The position numbers and the translations under genes were made by a program. Positions 19,875-30,353 of a stretch of DNA of 64,000 nt are shown in pieces. Origin of the DNA: Alphaproteobacteria bacterium (GTDB lineage: Bacteria; Pseudomonadota; Alphaproteobacteria; SHVV01); NCBI GenBank assembly GCA_965261735.1, contig OZ253470.1, positions 3,456,001-3,520,000 of the forward strand, given 5' to 3'. How positions within the stretch are numbered: the stretch's first letter is position 1; each line of letters starts with the position of its first letter. Below the pieces are notes generated by a model. The model was not told the DNA's origin and made no database searches. It saw nothing but the letters and a program-made list of their open reading frames with translations.

Positions 19875-20161
19875 GAGTCTCTCCAATGCAATGTTTCTAT
19901 CCTCCGAGGCGTTCTGCCCCGTCGTGATGACTCTTTGTTTCACGCGCTCGCAGCGGAGCCACGATTGCCGGAATGCCTGCGCTGGGGGGATGGGCGAGTG
20001 GTGCGGGCGCAGGGAGCGGAGCGACTGAGCCACGGTCGCGCATTCCACCGGCGCTAGCCGCGGAGCGGCGTGGCATTGCGCGCTATCGCCGTAACGGAGC
20101 GAAGCGAAGTGGAGGACCCCACAGGGGTTGGCACAGTGAGACCGTGTGACACAATGAGGCA

Positions 20162-21199
20162 TCATGACGGGGTAATTATTCTCCCACTCCCCCGCCTCTC
20201 TTCCACCGTTGCAGCAGGCTTGGCGCTTGCAATAAGGGGCGCGATCCGGACCGCGAGTGTTTCTTTTCCGAAGGCAATAAGGTCGTCATTAAAATCGAAG
20301 TGTTCGGGAACGATCACGATTGAGGGAATGTTGCGTTCCACACAGCGGCGTTGAAGACGGTTTGCGGCGTGCCCGCCTTCCACGTCTTTATCGCGGGCGA
20401 TGACCAACAGGGAGAGGTCTTGGGGTGGTTCGAAGGCGCCAAGGCTTCCTGCCGATAGAGCGGCTGCGGCATGAATGCCGGGAACGGCGGTGACCACAGA
20501 TAGAACGGTCTCGATGCCCTCGCCGGCAAGCAGGGTCGCGCCGGAGGCGGACCCGCCGAAGCGCACGGCGCGGCCGTGGACCCGCCCAAGCGCTTTGCGC
20601 GGGTTCACAAGGTTGGCTTTCTCGGGTAGCTTGGGATCGAGCCAGGTGCGTTGCACGCCCTCGATGGCGCCATCATCGCCGGTGACGGCGGCGACCAGTG
20701 CCGGCATGCGGTGGATGCCGTCATCTGCACGATGGATGAGATCGGGATGAAACCGCAGGGCCGGGAAGCGGCAATGGCCGATGGCGCGGGCGTGCAGATA
20801 GGCTTCCGCATGGGTGCCATCGATGGGCCGGCAACGCCGCCAGAGGCGGCGTGCCGCTTCTTCACGGTCGTAGCCGCCGGCATGATCTCCGCCATTGGCG
20901 GGAGCGGACGGCGGCAGTGAGAGGAAGGCGCGGGCCTCCTCCATGGCGTGCCGCAGCGATGCTCCGCCGGTGCGCAGACGGATGAGATCGAGCAGATCGC
21001 CATGCTGGTTCGTCGCGCCGTCGGTCCATTTACCGGGTATGCCTGGAGGCGCCAGGCGCACGAAGAGCGAGCGTCCCTTGGCGCCGCTTGTGTCGCCGAT
21101 TGTCCAGTATCTGCCCTGCTTGCGTCCGCGGGGAAGGTAGCGGCGGCAGACGTCTTCGGCCCGTGCGCTTAACGCGGCGGCAATTTCAGTGGCGTTCAT
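20162..21199 (-). CDS. Toprim-domain primase of conjugative elements
   Basis: GKWTDGAT...GDLLDLI, AEAYLHARAI, GVQRTWL, GEGIETVLS, IARDKD, DFNDDL. Confidence 0.85.
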   Translation of the reverse strand: MNATEIAAALSARAEDVCRRYLPRGRKQGRYWTIGDTSGAKGRSLFVRLAPPGIPGKWTDGATNQHGDLLDLIRLRTGGASLRHAMEEARAFLSLPPSAPANGGDHAGGYDREEAARRLWRRCRPIDGTHAEAYLHARAIGHCRFPALRFHPDLIHRADDGIHRMPALVAAVTGDDGAIEGVQRTWLDPKLPEKANLVNPRKALGRVHGRAVRFGGSASGATLLAGEGIETVLSVVTAVPGIHAAAALSAGSLGAFEPPQDLSLLVIARDKDVEGGHAANRLQRRCVERNIPSIVIVPEHFDFNDDLIAFGKETLAVRIAPLIASAKPAATVEERRGSGRIITPS

Positions 21200-21385
21200 G
21201 GGCGTGATCCCTTAGGGGAGTGATGGTGCGAAACGGTTGCATGGGGAACCTCTCCTTCCTGTTGTGGGACGTCCCCTTCAGGCCCTCCTCGAACTTTTCG
21301 CGGTGAGGGCAGCGGGAGCGGAGCGCGCAGCGCTGCCGCTTCGCGTGCACGCTTTTGGAACTCAGTTGGGGCAGGCTCGGATACG

Positions 21386-21445
21386 CCGGCAAAAAAGTAG
21401 GCCAGCCCCATGCCAACTTGGCGGGGACTGGCCCTGAGTTATGCG
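21386..21445 (-). terminator. Intrinsic terminator after ssb
   Basis: GGCCAG.CCC stem with a T6 tail on the minus strand. Confidence 0.5.
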
Positions 21446-21462
21446 GGAGGGAGGAAGGCCCG

Positions 21463-21906
21463 CTAGAACGGAATTTCGCTATCAACCACCGTCGCGGCGG
21501 TTTCGCCGGAAGGCACGGTGTCGCCGTTCATCGCCGGTGCGCCGTTGCCGTTCGGCTTGTCGAGGAACTGGACCCGTCCGCCGGGGACCAGCAGGATCTC
21601 GGTCGAGAACCGGTCGCTGTCCTCGCCGTCCTTGCGCCACTTGCGGGTCTGCAGCTTGCCCGAGACGTAGATCAGACGGCCCTTCTTCGCGTGCTTCTCC
21701 ATCATCTCCACCAGGCCGTCCTGGAAGGTGACGATGCGGTGCCACTCGGTGCGGTCCACCTTGTCACCGGAATTTTTGTCGAGGAAGCTTTCATCGGTCG
21801 CGATCGAGACATTGGCGACACGGCCGCCGTTGGTGAGGTGGCTGATGGTGGCGTCGGCGCCGAGGCGTCCGATCAACTGCGCGTTATTCAATCCGAACAT
21901 GATCAA
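21463..21906 (-). CDS. ssb: Single-stranded DNA-binding protein
   Basis: LIGRLGAD, TEWHRIV, YVSGKLQTRKW, C-terminal EIPF. Confidence 0.95.
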   Translation of the reverse strand: MIMFGLNNAQLIGRLGADATISHLTNGGRVANVSIATDESFLDKNSGDKVDRTEWHRIVTFQDGLVEMMEKHAKKGRLIYVSGKLQTRKWRKDGEDSDRFSTEILLVPGGRVQFLDKPNGNGAPAMNGDTVPSGETAATVVDSEIPF

Positions 21907-22006
21907 TCTCCTATGATCCGGGTTATGACATCGGGTTAGCGAACGGGGTCAGGCCTCTCTCGACCCTTCCCCCTTCACACTTCTCTAAGCCCCCCTCTTC
22001 CTCTAT

Positions 22007-22198
22007 TCAGCCGTCCGCACCGGTATATGTCCGGGAGCCGAGAACCTCGCGGATCGCGTGGGCCGGCATTCCGACCGCGGCCAGCAGCGCGCCGGCATCG
22101 GGAAGAGGTGCGGCGAAGCCGGGATCGGCATCGCTTGTGCTGCCGGGATTGAAAAGGGTGTCGTTGGACTCGGTCGAGCTATGAATGCGATCGAACAT
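22007..22198 (-). CDS. Small hypothetical protein (63 aa)
   Basis: GGAGG RBS before ATG; co-oriented with neighbours. Confidence 0.45.
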   Translation of the reverse strand: MFDRIHSSTESNDTLFNPGSTSDADPGFAAPLPDAGALLAAVGMPAHAIREVLGSRTYTGADG

Positions 22199-22387
22199 CT
22201 GGCACCTCCGGTTGATGGGGTTGAGACACCGCCCGGTGGGAACTCTCTTTTCCCTTGGGCGCGTCGCCCTTCTCTTTGCCTTCCTCAACCTCTCATGCAC
22301 GGTGGTCGAGGCAGGCCGGAGAGTCCGGTGGCATCGCACGGCGGCAACCGCGGGCACGACTTTGCCCGGCAACCGCCGCGCGGGTTG

Positions 22388-22702
22388 TCAAAGGACCGCG
22401 TCGTTGGCGTCCATGATGGCGATGATGACGTCGTCGAGGCTGCCCCTTGCGCCCATTAGGGTGTTCTCGAGATGGAGAAGCTGGTGGCGAAGCCCGGCGC
22501 GGTCGCCGCCGGACGGGTTGTTGAGCAGACGCATGATGGCGTTCCGCAGCTCGGCGAAACGTTCCGCCAGATCCTTCATGTGAGCTGCAGCTTCGCGTGT
22601 GCCGGTCCGGGTTTCCGACAGGAACCCGCCGGGATCGGGCCGGGCGCAGGGCATGGTTTCGAACTCGCCGGTCGTGGAGCGTGGTGTGAGGGTGTCGAAC
22701 AT
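22388..22702 (-). CDS. Small helical hypothetical protein (104 aa)
   Basis: GGAGG RBS before ATG; amphipathic helices. Confidence 0.55.
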   Translation of the reverse strand: MFDTLTPRSTTGEFETMPCARPDPGGFLSETRTGTREAAAHMKDLAERFAELRNAIMRLLNNPSGGDRAGLRHQLLHLENTLMGARGSLDDVIIAIMDANDAVL

Positions 22703-22916
22703 AGGGTTCCTCCGTGGATTGCATGACAGAATGTCGGCGATGCCGGGAGAATTGTCCTCCCCCGTCCACCGCCCGTACCGCCTCTGCCGTGCTGCCCTCG
22801 GCCTCCATGTGCCGCAACGTGCGGGCGGGAGGGTCTCACTCAAAACGTTGCCGCGACCTGCTCCTGGCCCATCATGCCGGCTGGCAAGTTACCGGGTGTA
22901 AGCCGGCCTGCTCGGT

Positions 22917-23174
22917 TCAATGGGTGGTTTCATCGCGGGCGGCAGTCATGGACCGGCCGGCGATGGCGGACCAGGCATGCCGGTCGAGTCCGAGCCGAGC
23001 ATTGAGTCGATCACAAATCCGCTCCGCATCGTCGAGTGTGAGTCCAACCAACGCCGTGGGGACGTAGCCCGGGATATCGGCGAAAACGATTCGTATTTGC
23101 TGCGGCATGTTGTCGAAGTCATAAGCGGGACAAAACGCGTAGACGGGATCGTCGGGCAGCGTATGAGATGTCAT
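22917..23174 (-). CDS. Small hypothetical protein (85 aa)
   Basis: GGAAG RBS; globular-looking MTSHTLPDDPVYAFC...DRLNARLGL. Confidence 0.55.
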   Translation of the reverse strand: MTSHTLPDDPVYAFCPAYDFDNMPQQIRIVFADIPGYVPTALVGLTLDDAERICDRLNARLGLDRHAWSAIAGRSMTAARDETTH

Positions 23175-23314
23175 GACGATATCTTCCATATGAAGGGTTG
23201 GACCGTTCGTGCCTGCGGGCGGCGCAGAGGCGCAAATCTCCGGAAGCGCGCGTAGCGGGCGGAGCCAAGGGTTGGCACGCCCCCGTGCCGGATGCCGGGC
23301 GGGAGAGTGCGGGT

Positions 23315-26300
23315 TTACGCCGGGTTCGCATCCGCGAGCGGCCAGCGATCGAGGATGCGGCCGAGGTCGATGTATTGGGGCACGAACACACGGGTCCGCC
23401 ACGAGACGATCTCGGTGGCGCAGCCCATGCGCTTGAGCGCCGCGAGGTCGCCGTCGTCCGGCCCCTCGATCTCGACGCGCGCGGCGCCCATCAGGCGCCG
23501 CCTTGCGAGTCGCCAGCCATTGGCGAGATCGAAGGACGCACCGCGGGTCAGGATCGCCTCGTGCATCTCGGCCGAACTCATGACCGGTCCGCCGGCCAGT
23601 CCGAAAGCGTCGCGGAATGCGTGCGCCTGCTCGGGCGTCAGAACCCGGCCGAGCAGGCTTTCCCCGGCGTCGGTTGCAAGCCGGCGCACCCGCATGTTCT
23701 CGCCCGGCAGCCGGTCCCAGATGGGGAGCAGCAGGCCGGTGACCAGCCACAGGCGGGATTCGGTGTGGCTGGGCAGCCCCTCGATTTCCGCATCCCACAA
23801 CACGCGCCAGCGATCTTCGCCGGAATCCTCCCAGTTCGAGGCGGTAAGTTCCTCCGCGGCCATGGGCTCGCGGGCGGCGGGACGGACCAGGCGGACCCGG
23901 GCCTCGACCCCGCCGTCCTCGAACATCCGCGACGGCGCTGGCAGAACGACGGCGGCGCGCTTCGAGCGGGTGTTGATGACGGGACGCCCGTCGCGCAAGG
24001 CGAGGGCATCGCCGGCCGTCAGTGGCACGAGCCGGTCGCGGCGGACGATCTCGACAAGCTCGGTGGCGGCGCCCGAGGTTTCATGAACGTGAACCGTCTC
24101 GCGCGAGGCCACATCAAGCGAGTCGGCGCGGATGGTCTCGACGCCCTGCTCGTGGGTCCCGGCCTCGATGGCCTGTTCGATGTTGGCCTCGATGCGGGTT
24201 TCCAGCTCGGCGAACAACTCGTTCTGCTCGGCGATGGGCAGGGCCAGCAGCCGGTTGAGGAACCGGGGCATCGGCGGCAGGTCTTCCTTGAGCGAGCCTT
24301 CCCAGATCAGCTTCAGCCCGGTGGCGTCCTCGAAGCGGTCCATGGACCAGCCCGCAATGTTGCCGCGCCACAGCGCGATGTAGAACTGGCGCAGCGCCAC
24401 CTTGGCGTAGGGGCTTTCCAGATTGTCGCTGGCCCGGAACAGGGTGGCGTCGCCGCCGCCCATGGCGGTCTGGCTGTCCCGCTGTCCCCGGGTGATGGCG
24501 CCGAGGCTGTCGAGACGCCGGGCAATGGTGGCGATAAACCGCCGCTCGCCCTTCACATCCGTGGTGACGGGGCGGAACAGGGGGGCCGAGGCCTGGTGCG
24601 TTCGATGGGTGCGGCCCAGCCCCTGGATTGCCTGGTCGGCCCGCCAACCTGGTTCCAGCAAGTAATGGATACGACGCGCGGTATTTCCGCAGCCGAGATC
24701 GGCGTGATAGCTGCGCCCGGTGCCGCCGGCCATGGAAAAGACGAGGATGCGTTTATCGCCCGCCATGAAGGCGGCGGTCTCGGCGAGGTTGGCCGAGGCC
24801 GGGCGGTTGCGCAGCGCCAGGCGCTCGCCGGATGAATCGGCGATCCGCAAGACCCGGCGCGAGCGGCCGGTGACTTCGGCGACGGCCTCGTCGCCGAAGC
24901 GGTGCAGGATCTGGTCGAGCGCCGCCTGCACCGGCGGCAATGCCGCGAGTTTCTCGATCAGAGAGTCGCGGGCAGCGACTGCTTCCTGGCACAAGACCGG
25001 GTTGCCCTCGGCGTCGGTCACGGGCCGGCTCATGAGATTGCCCTCGTCGTCGGTGAAGGGTTCCTGCAATTGCACCGGGAAGGCGTGGGCCAGATATTCG
25101 AGGCACGCCTCCCTCGGCGTCAGGTCGACGGAGATGTCGTCCCATTCCGAGACGGGGATATCGGCGATGCGCCGGTCGAGCAGGGCCTCGCCGGTGGAGA
25201 CCAGCTGGATGACGCAGGCATGACCTGCCTCAAGATCGCTCTCCACGGACCGGATCAGCGAGGGGCATTTCATGGCGGTCAGGAGATGGCCGAAGAAGCG
25301 TTGCTTGGCCCCCTCGAAAGCCGACAGAGCGGCGGCTTTGGCGTTCTTGTTGAGGATCGCATCGCCCTCCATGATGCCGGTGGCTTTCAGGGCGTCTTCT
25401 ATATTGCGGTGGATCACCTTGAAGGCCCCGGCATAGGCGTCGTAGATGCGCCGCTGCTCGGGCGTGAGCGGATGTTCGAGGAGCTCGACCTCGACCCCGT
25501 CATAGCTGAGCGCACGGGCCTGGTAGAGGCCGAGGGCCTTCAGATCGCGGGCCACCACCTCCATCGCCGCGACCCCGCCGGCCTCCATGGCGGTGACGAA
25601 ATCGGTGCGTTGCTCGAACGGCGTCTCGCCGCCTGAATCAGCGCCGCCCCAGAGCCCGAGGCGCCGCGCATAGGCCAGGCCGGGCACGGTAGTAGCGCCG
25701 GTGGCGGAGACATAGAGGATACGGGCATCGGGCAAGGCGTTCTGCAAACGCAATCCGGCGCGTCCCTGCTGCGAGGGGGCCGTATCGCCGCGCGATCCCT
25801 TGGCCCCGGCGGCGTTGGCCATGGCGTGGGCCTCATCGAAGACGATGACGCCGTCAAAGGCGTGGCGGGAGTCCTCGTGCATGCCATCGGCGAGCCAGCC
25901 GACGATCTGTTCGAGGCGCGAGGACTTTCCCTGGCGGGCGGGCGAGCGCAAGGTTGCATAGGTGGCGAACAGGATTCCGGCCTCTTGAGGAATATCGACC
26001 CCTTGGCGGAACTTGCCCAACGGGATGATGTCGGCTTCGCTGCCGCCGACCGCGGCCCAGTCGCGGCGGGCGTCCTCAAGAAGCTTGTCGGAGGCGGACA
26101 GCCACAGCGCCCGGCGGCGGCCGCGCAGCCAGTGGTCGAGAATGATGGCGGCGACCTGGCGGCCCTTGCCGCAGCCGGTGCCGTCGCCCAGCATCCAGCC
26201 GCGCCGGAAACGCACTGGCGCGGACAGGGCTTCGCCATCGCCGGCGGCATCGCCATCAGTGTCGTGATCCGAGTGCATTGTCTCGTCGTTATTGCCGTCA

Positions 26301-27901
26301 TCGCTGTTGTCATCTTCATTGTCGGCGACCCGCGCGACGGTCTCCCAGCCCTCGCCGATGCGGTAGAGCGCGGAAAGATGGCGATCATGGGCCTGACCGG
26401 CGAGGATGACGCTTTCGAGCTGGGCGTCGGACAGCAGCCTGTCCGTCACGACACGCAGGGGCAGCATCGGGCGGTAGGCCGGCACGGGATGGGGCACCGC
26501 CGCCATGGCGGCGGATTGCACCAGGGGTGTTGGATGTTCGCACGCGCCGGGAATGCGCGCGGTCCGGGGACACCAGGGCTCGTAGACGCCGGCATGGGTG
26601 GCCTCCGGTTCGCTTACCTTGCCCTCAGGGTTGGCGGGTGAAGTTTCGTAGTCGAGTTCGGCCACCGGCCCCCAATCGCGGACTTTCGGGTCTGCGGGTC
26701 TGGTGTTGGGCGCGGTGGCCGCTGCCCGCTTACGCGGGGCCGGCCGTGCGGCGGCATGGCCGAACAGATCGCCGGCCGGAACAAGTGCAGCGGATATTGG
26801 CACGACCGCCTGTCGCTGCGGCACATTGGCGGCGATAGCTGCAAGCAACCCGGCGGCGGTGGGGACGGATTCCCGCGCGTCGACCGGAACGCCCTGGGCA
26901 TTGGCGGGATCGCGGTCGATTACGGTCAGCCGGGTATCGAAGGTCGTGCCGCGCCGTGCGTAGGCGCGCCCGTCGATGGCGATGGAAAAGACGGTGCGCG
27001 GCGGTGGATCGAGGCGCTCGAAGGCGCGGCTCCAGGCGGCATCGCCCGGGATGCAGCCGGCCGACGTGATCGCCACCAGCCGCCCGCCCGCCGGGAGCAT
27101 GGAGAAGGCGGAACGGATGTGGCGCAAATCCGCGTCATGACGGGTGCGCTGAACCCCGGGGCTTGCCGAGAACGGCGGGTTCATCAACACGACGGTGGGA
27201 TGCAGGCCGGGCAGATAGTCGCCGATGGCCTCGGCGTTGTGGCGGGTGACCGGCGCGTGCGCGAACAGGCCTGAGAGTAACCCGGCGCGAACGGCGGCAA
27301 TCTCGTTCAGGTGCAGGGGATCCCCCGATCGCGCGTCATCGGTGCGCTTGCCGAGGGCGCATTCGGCCATGACGGCGAGCATGCCGGTGCCGGCCGAGGG
27401 CTCCAGCACGATGTCGCCGGGCCGGATGGCGGCGGCTTGCAGCGCGGCGTAGGCGAGCGGCAAGGGAGTGGAGAACTGCTGCAGTGCAAGCTGTTCCTCC
27501 GACCGCCTTGTTTGGGACGGCTCCAGCGCCGCCAGGGTCTCCAGCATGGCGAGCATGGCGGCGGCCGATCCCGGTCCGGCGCCGGCCTCGCGGCGCATGA
27601 GGCGGCCGTAACGCTGGACGAACAGCACCATTGCGGCCTCGGCCGCTTCGTAGGCGTCCTTCCAGAACCAGGCGCCTTGCGTGTCGCTGGCGCCGAAGGC
27701 CGCGCTCATGGTCTCGCGCAGGGTCTTTGCATCGAGCGCCCGGCCCGCCTCCAGGCTGGGAAGCAGAGCGGTTGCGGCGGCCAGCAACGCGGCAGGCTTC
27801 GGGCGGACGCCCGGGGTATCGGCAATAGCTGGGGATGCGGGAAGGGGCTGGACGGTGGGCGGACGCGCGGGCGCGTTCGCCGCCGGTTGGGCGTCGAGCA
27901 T
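23315..27901 (-). CDS. Strawberry-notch family methyltransferase-like/SF2 helicase fusion
   Basis: QQFSTP, VLEPSAGTG, MNPPF; LGDGTGCGKGRQ, VFDEAH, YVSATGA, QGLGRTHR. Confidence 0.92.
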   Translation of the reverse strand: MLDAQPAANAPARPPTVQPLPASPAIADTPGVRPKPAALLAAATALLPSLEAGRALDAKTLRETMSAAFGASDTQGAWFWKDAYEAAEAAMVLFVQRYGRLMRREAGAGPGSAAAMLAMLETLAALEPSQTRRSEEQLALQQFSTPLPLAYAALQAAAIRPGDIVLEPSAGTGMLAVMAECALGKRTDDARSGDPLHLNEIAAVRAGLLSGLFAHAPVTRHNAEAIGDYLPGLHPTVVLMNPPFSASPGVQRTRHDADLRHIRSAFSMLPAGGRLVAITSAGCIPGDAAWSRAFERLDPPPRTVFSIAIDGRAYARRGTTFDTRLTVIDRDPANAQGVPVDARESVPTAAGLLAAIAANVPQRQAVVPISAALVPAGDLFGHAAARPAPRKRAAATAPNTRPADPKVRDWGPVAELDYETSPANPEGKVSEPEATHAGVYEPWCPRTARIPGACEHPTPLVQSAAMAAVPHPVPAYRPMLPLRVVTDRLLSDAQLESVILAGQAHDRHLSALYRIGEGWETVARVADNEDDNSDDGNNDETMHSDHDTDGDAAGDGEALSAPVRFRRGWMLGDGTGCGKGRQVAAIILDHWLRGRRRALWLSASDKLLEDARRDWAAVGGSEADIIPLGKFRQGVDIPQEAGILFATYATLRSPARQGKSSRLEQIVGWLADGMHEDSRHAFDGVIVFDEAHAMANAAGAKGSRGDTAPSQQGRAGLRLQNALPDARILYVSATGATTVPGLAYARRLGLWGGADSGGETPFEQRTDFVTAMEAGGVAAMEVVARDLKALGLYQARALSYDGVEVELLEHPLTPEQRRIYDAYAGAFKVIHRNIEDALKATGIMEGDAILNKNAKAAALSAFEGAKQRFFGHLLTAMKCPSLIRSVESDLEAGHACVIQLVSTGEALLDRRIADIPVSEWDDISVDLTPREACLEYLAHAFPVQLQEPFTDDEGNLMSRPVTDAEGNPVLCQEAVAARDSLIEKLAALPPVQAALDQILHRFGDEAVAEVTGRSRRVLRIADSSGERLALRNRPASANLAETAAFMAGDKRILVFSMAGGTGRSYHADLGCGNTARRIHYLLEPGWRADQAIQGLGRTHRTHQASAPLFRPVTTDVKGERRFIATIARRLDSLGAITRGQRDSQTAMGGGDATLFRASDNLESPYAKVALRQFYIALWRGNIAGWSMDRFEDATGLKLIWEGSLKEDLPPMPRFLNRLLALPIAEQNELFAELETRIEANIEQAIEAGTHEQGVETIRADSLDVASRETVHVHETSGAATELVEIVRRDRLVPLTAGDALALRDGRPVINTRSKRAAVVLPAPSRMFEDGGVEARVRLVRPAAREPMAAEELTASNWEDSGEDRWRVLWDAEIEGLPSHTESRLWLVTGLLLPIWDRLPGENMRVRRLATDAGESLLGRVLTPEQAHAFRDAFGLAGGPVMSSAEMHEAILTRGASFDLANGWRLARRRLMGAARVEIEGPDDGDLAALKRMGCATEIVSWRTRVFVPQYIDLGRILDRWPLADANPA

Positions 27902-28094
27902 GAATGATCTCCCAATTGGAAAGAGCGGGCCGGAGCCGGAGCCCCGGGGCCTTACGGCTCCGGCGAAGGGCGGGGTGGTGCCGGAAGCCGGTGTCCTCGC
28001 TCTCCCGACCCCGGTTCACCCGGCCTCAGCACAACCCGCCTCCTTGCGGGCGGGGGCACGGAGATGGAGGATTATGCAGGCGCGGCCCGCGGTA

Positions 28095-29435
28095 TCAGGC
28101 TGGTCCGATGTCGATGCGCTCGCCCCAGGGCTCGCGGTATCGATCGTCGTGTGGGGATCCCCAGACGCACCAGGCCACAGGATATAGGGGCGCGGACTCG
28201 GGGAAGCTGTCGCATTCCATGTCGGTCAGGTAGAGGCAGCAGTTTGGATGCACCCCATGCTCATGGAGCCACGCGAAGCCAGGCCGAAAATCGGTTCCGC
28301 CGCGGCCCTTGATCGTGATGCTGTCCGGTAGTTCCCCGGCAGGATACCGGGCCGCGTCCTGCAGCACCGCGTCGACCTGAAGGACGAAGATGCTGTCCGG
28401 TTGCAGTTCGGCGGCGATCTCGCGGACCTCGGCCCAGAACAGGGCCAGCGTCTCGCCCGGCAGCGAGCCGGAGGTGTCGATGATGATGGCGATGGTATCG
28501 ATGCCCTCCGAGTGCATCGAGGGCAGATAGAGGCCGCTGTCGATGAAACGCCGGTTGGGAACGCTCCAGCTATAATCGCGGCGCGCGGCATCGGTCATGT
28601 AGCGGCGCAATAGCGACCGCCAGTCGAGGATGCTCCGGTGCGCTTGGCGGATCGTCTCCTCGACGGCGCCCGGCGCGTTGCCTTGCGCCCGGGCGAGGCT
28701 CGCAGCCTGGTGCATGGCTTCGTCCCACGCCTGCTCCTCAGCGGGCGTGTCCACCGCAGATTCGCCGGACTCGCTGGTGTCGTCGCGGCGTTCGTCCGCG
28801 TCCATGACCTCACCGGTGCCGCAGGGGTCGTGGCTGCCGGACATTTGCCCAGATGGTTCCGAGCCCGCGCTGCCCGGTCCCGGCTTGTCCTGCTCTTGCG
28901 GACTGCCGTCATCGGTTGGATCGGACGGATCGCTTTGGTCTTCGTCGCCGTCACCGCATTGGGGGCCGGCAGCGTTGCCACTGTCATCCACATCGCTGGA
29001 TGAACACGCGCTGCCCGGATCCTCTGCGTCGGTGGACGGTTCCGGGAGCCGGTCGTAGGCCTGCTCGGCGCTGATGCCGTCCCAGGCCTCGGCCTCTGGC
29101 GGCAGTGCGAAGCCCGCGTCCCGCAGCAGTCCGTGGGTGACCAGCTGCGAGGCCCGTTGCCAGCGCTCCGGGTCGCGGCCGCCCCGCCGGGTGTGATGCT
29201 TCAACGCACAGGCCAGGACCACACGCGCCAGCGCGGTCTTGATCTGGTCGGCATCGGTGTCCGCCACCCATTGAGGCGCGTAGCGAATGTCCTTGCCGTC
29301 GCTGGCCAGGGTCTGGCGGGTTGCGTCGGCGCGGATCGGAAGGCGCAATGCCAAGCTGCCGAAGAAGGGCTGGTCGCGCAGCAGCGCGGTCACGCAGTCG
29401 CTGACGCGCCGGGCGGATTCGGAGCGGGCGGCCAT
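28095..29435 (-). CDS. DUF2201-type metallopeptidase-like plus VWA domain protein
   Basis: QPFFGSLAL, HHTRRGGRD, DYSWSVPNRRF, MIDAS DTSGS, GRGGTDF, YLTD; start overlaps the upstream stop (TGATG). Confidence 0.85.
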   Translation of the reverse strand: MAARSESARRVSDCVTALLRDQPFFGSLALRLPIRADATRQTLASDGKDIRYAPQWVADTDADQIKTALARVVLACALKHHTRRGGRDPERWQRASQLVTHGLLRDAGFALPPEAEAWDGISAEQAYDRLPEPSTDAEDPGSACSSSDVDDSGNAAGPQCGDGDEDQSDPSDPTDDGSPQEQDKPGPGSAGSEPSGQMSGSHDPCGTGEVMDADERRDDTSESGESAVDTPAEEQAWDEAMHQAASLARAQGNAPGAVEETIRQAHRSILDWRSLLRRYMTDAARRDYSWSVPNRRFIDSGLYLPSMHSEGIDTIAIIIDTSGSLPGETLALFWAEVREIAAELQPDSIFVLQVDAVLQDAARYPAGELPDSITIKGRGGTDFRPGFAWLHEHGVHPNCCLYLTDMECDSFPESAPLYPVAWCVWGSPHDDRYREPWGERIDIGPA

Positions 29436-30331
29436 CAAGCTGCCTCCCTGTCCGCGGCGACGGGCGCGAAGTAGCCCGAGAATTGCGCCGTGAGCGCATC
29501 GGCGTCGCGCTTGACCTGGCGGCGGAGGTTGGGATCGAAGCGGCCAGACGGGCGCAGGGCATCGGGCTCGATGCCGGCGAACTTGTCCTTCACCTCGCGG
29601 CACAGCATGGCGAGATCGTCGTCGGCGAAGATGTTGAGCCGGGGCACGACGTCCACCAGCTCCCTGATGTTCTCTATCAGGCTGTCGCGGAACACCAGGG
29701 GCTTGCCGTTCTCGTCTTCGCGCAAGCGTTCGCCGACACGCTCGACCGCCTCGCCCAGGCGCCGGTAGAGATCGCGCTGGGCATCGTTGAGACGGGTCCG
29801 GACCTGTTGCTCGATGTCGCGCTTGACCCGCTCAGTCTCGCCCTGGGCCAGGTCGGCCATGAAGTGGCGCGCGTCGGGGACCGGGACGATACGGTAGCAA
29901 ATGGCGAACTTGCCCTGAAGCGCCTCTGTGCCGGGATAGTCCTCCAGGCGGAACAGACGGCCGAGGTCGAGGCGGGCCTGGTCGACGTAATCGTCATAGT
30001 CCTCGATGAAACGGGCGCGCTCGCGCACCACGCGCTCGACCAATGTGTCCAGAGCGGCGGTGTAGCGGTCGTAATTGGCGACGGTGAGCAGGCGGCCGCC
30101 CTGGTCGTCCCAGGGCAAGGTGTTGGCATAGTGACTGGTCCTCGCATTGCTCATGGTCGCGGCCAGCGCGGCGAAGGCCTGCTTGGGCAGGAGCCGTTTG
30201 TTGTAGCGCCCGGCGTTGGTGTCGGCGTCGTTATGGACAGCGACCTGTTGGCTCGCCTGGCGGTCGTAGAGCCTGCCGGACCAGGAGTTGATCCGCAGGC
30301 TGACGAGCATGGCGTCATGGGTGAGATTCAT
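29435..30331 (-). CDS. Conserved-looking hypothetical protein (possibly DUF3150-like)
   Basis: 298-aa ORF with RBS between the AAA and VWA genes; TLPWDDQGGRLL. Confidence 0.7.
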   Translation of the reverse strand: MNLTHDAMLVSLRINSWSGRLYDRQASQQVAVHNDADTNAGRYNKRLLPKQAFAALAATMSNARTSHYANTLPWDDQGGRLLTVANYDRYTAALDTLVERVVRERARFIEDYDDYVDQARLDLGRLFRLEDYPGTEALQGKFAICYRIVPVPDARHFMADLAQGETERVKRDIEQQVRTRLNDAQRDLYRRLGEAVERVGERLREDENGKPLVFRDSLIENIRELVDVVPRLNIFADDDLAMLCREVKDKFAGIEPDALRPSGRFDPNLRRQVKRDADALTAQFSGYFAPVAADREAA

Positions 30332-30353
30332 GGGTTGGTCTCCCGGGGAGGTG

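Noticed and set aside
23198-24835. Long + strand ORF (545 aa) and similar ORFs such as 34277-35482, 30288-31346 and 56281-57096
   Set aside because: Antisense shadows of well-supported genes in GC-rich DNA; no motifs.
27909-27922. CCCAATTGG as a fourth LuxR box
   Set aside because: Shorter spacing, overlaps the RBS region of the strawberry-notch gene, and no LuxR context.
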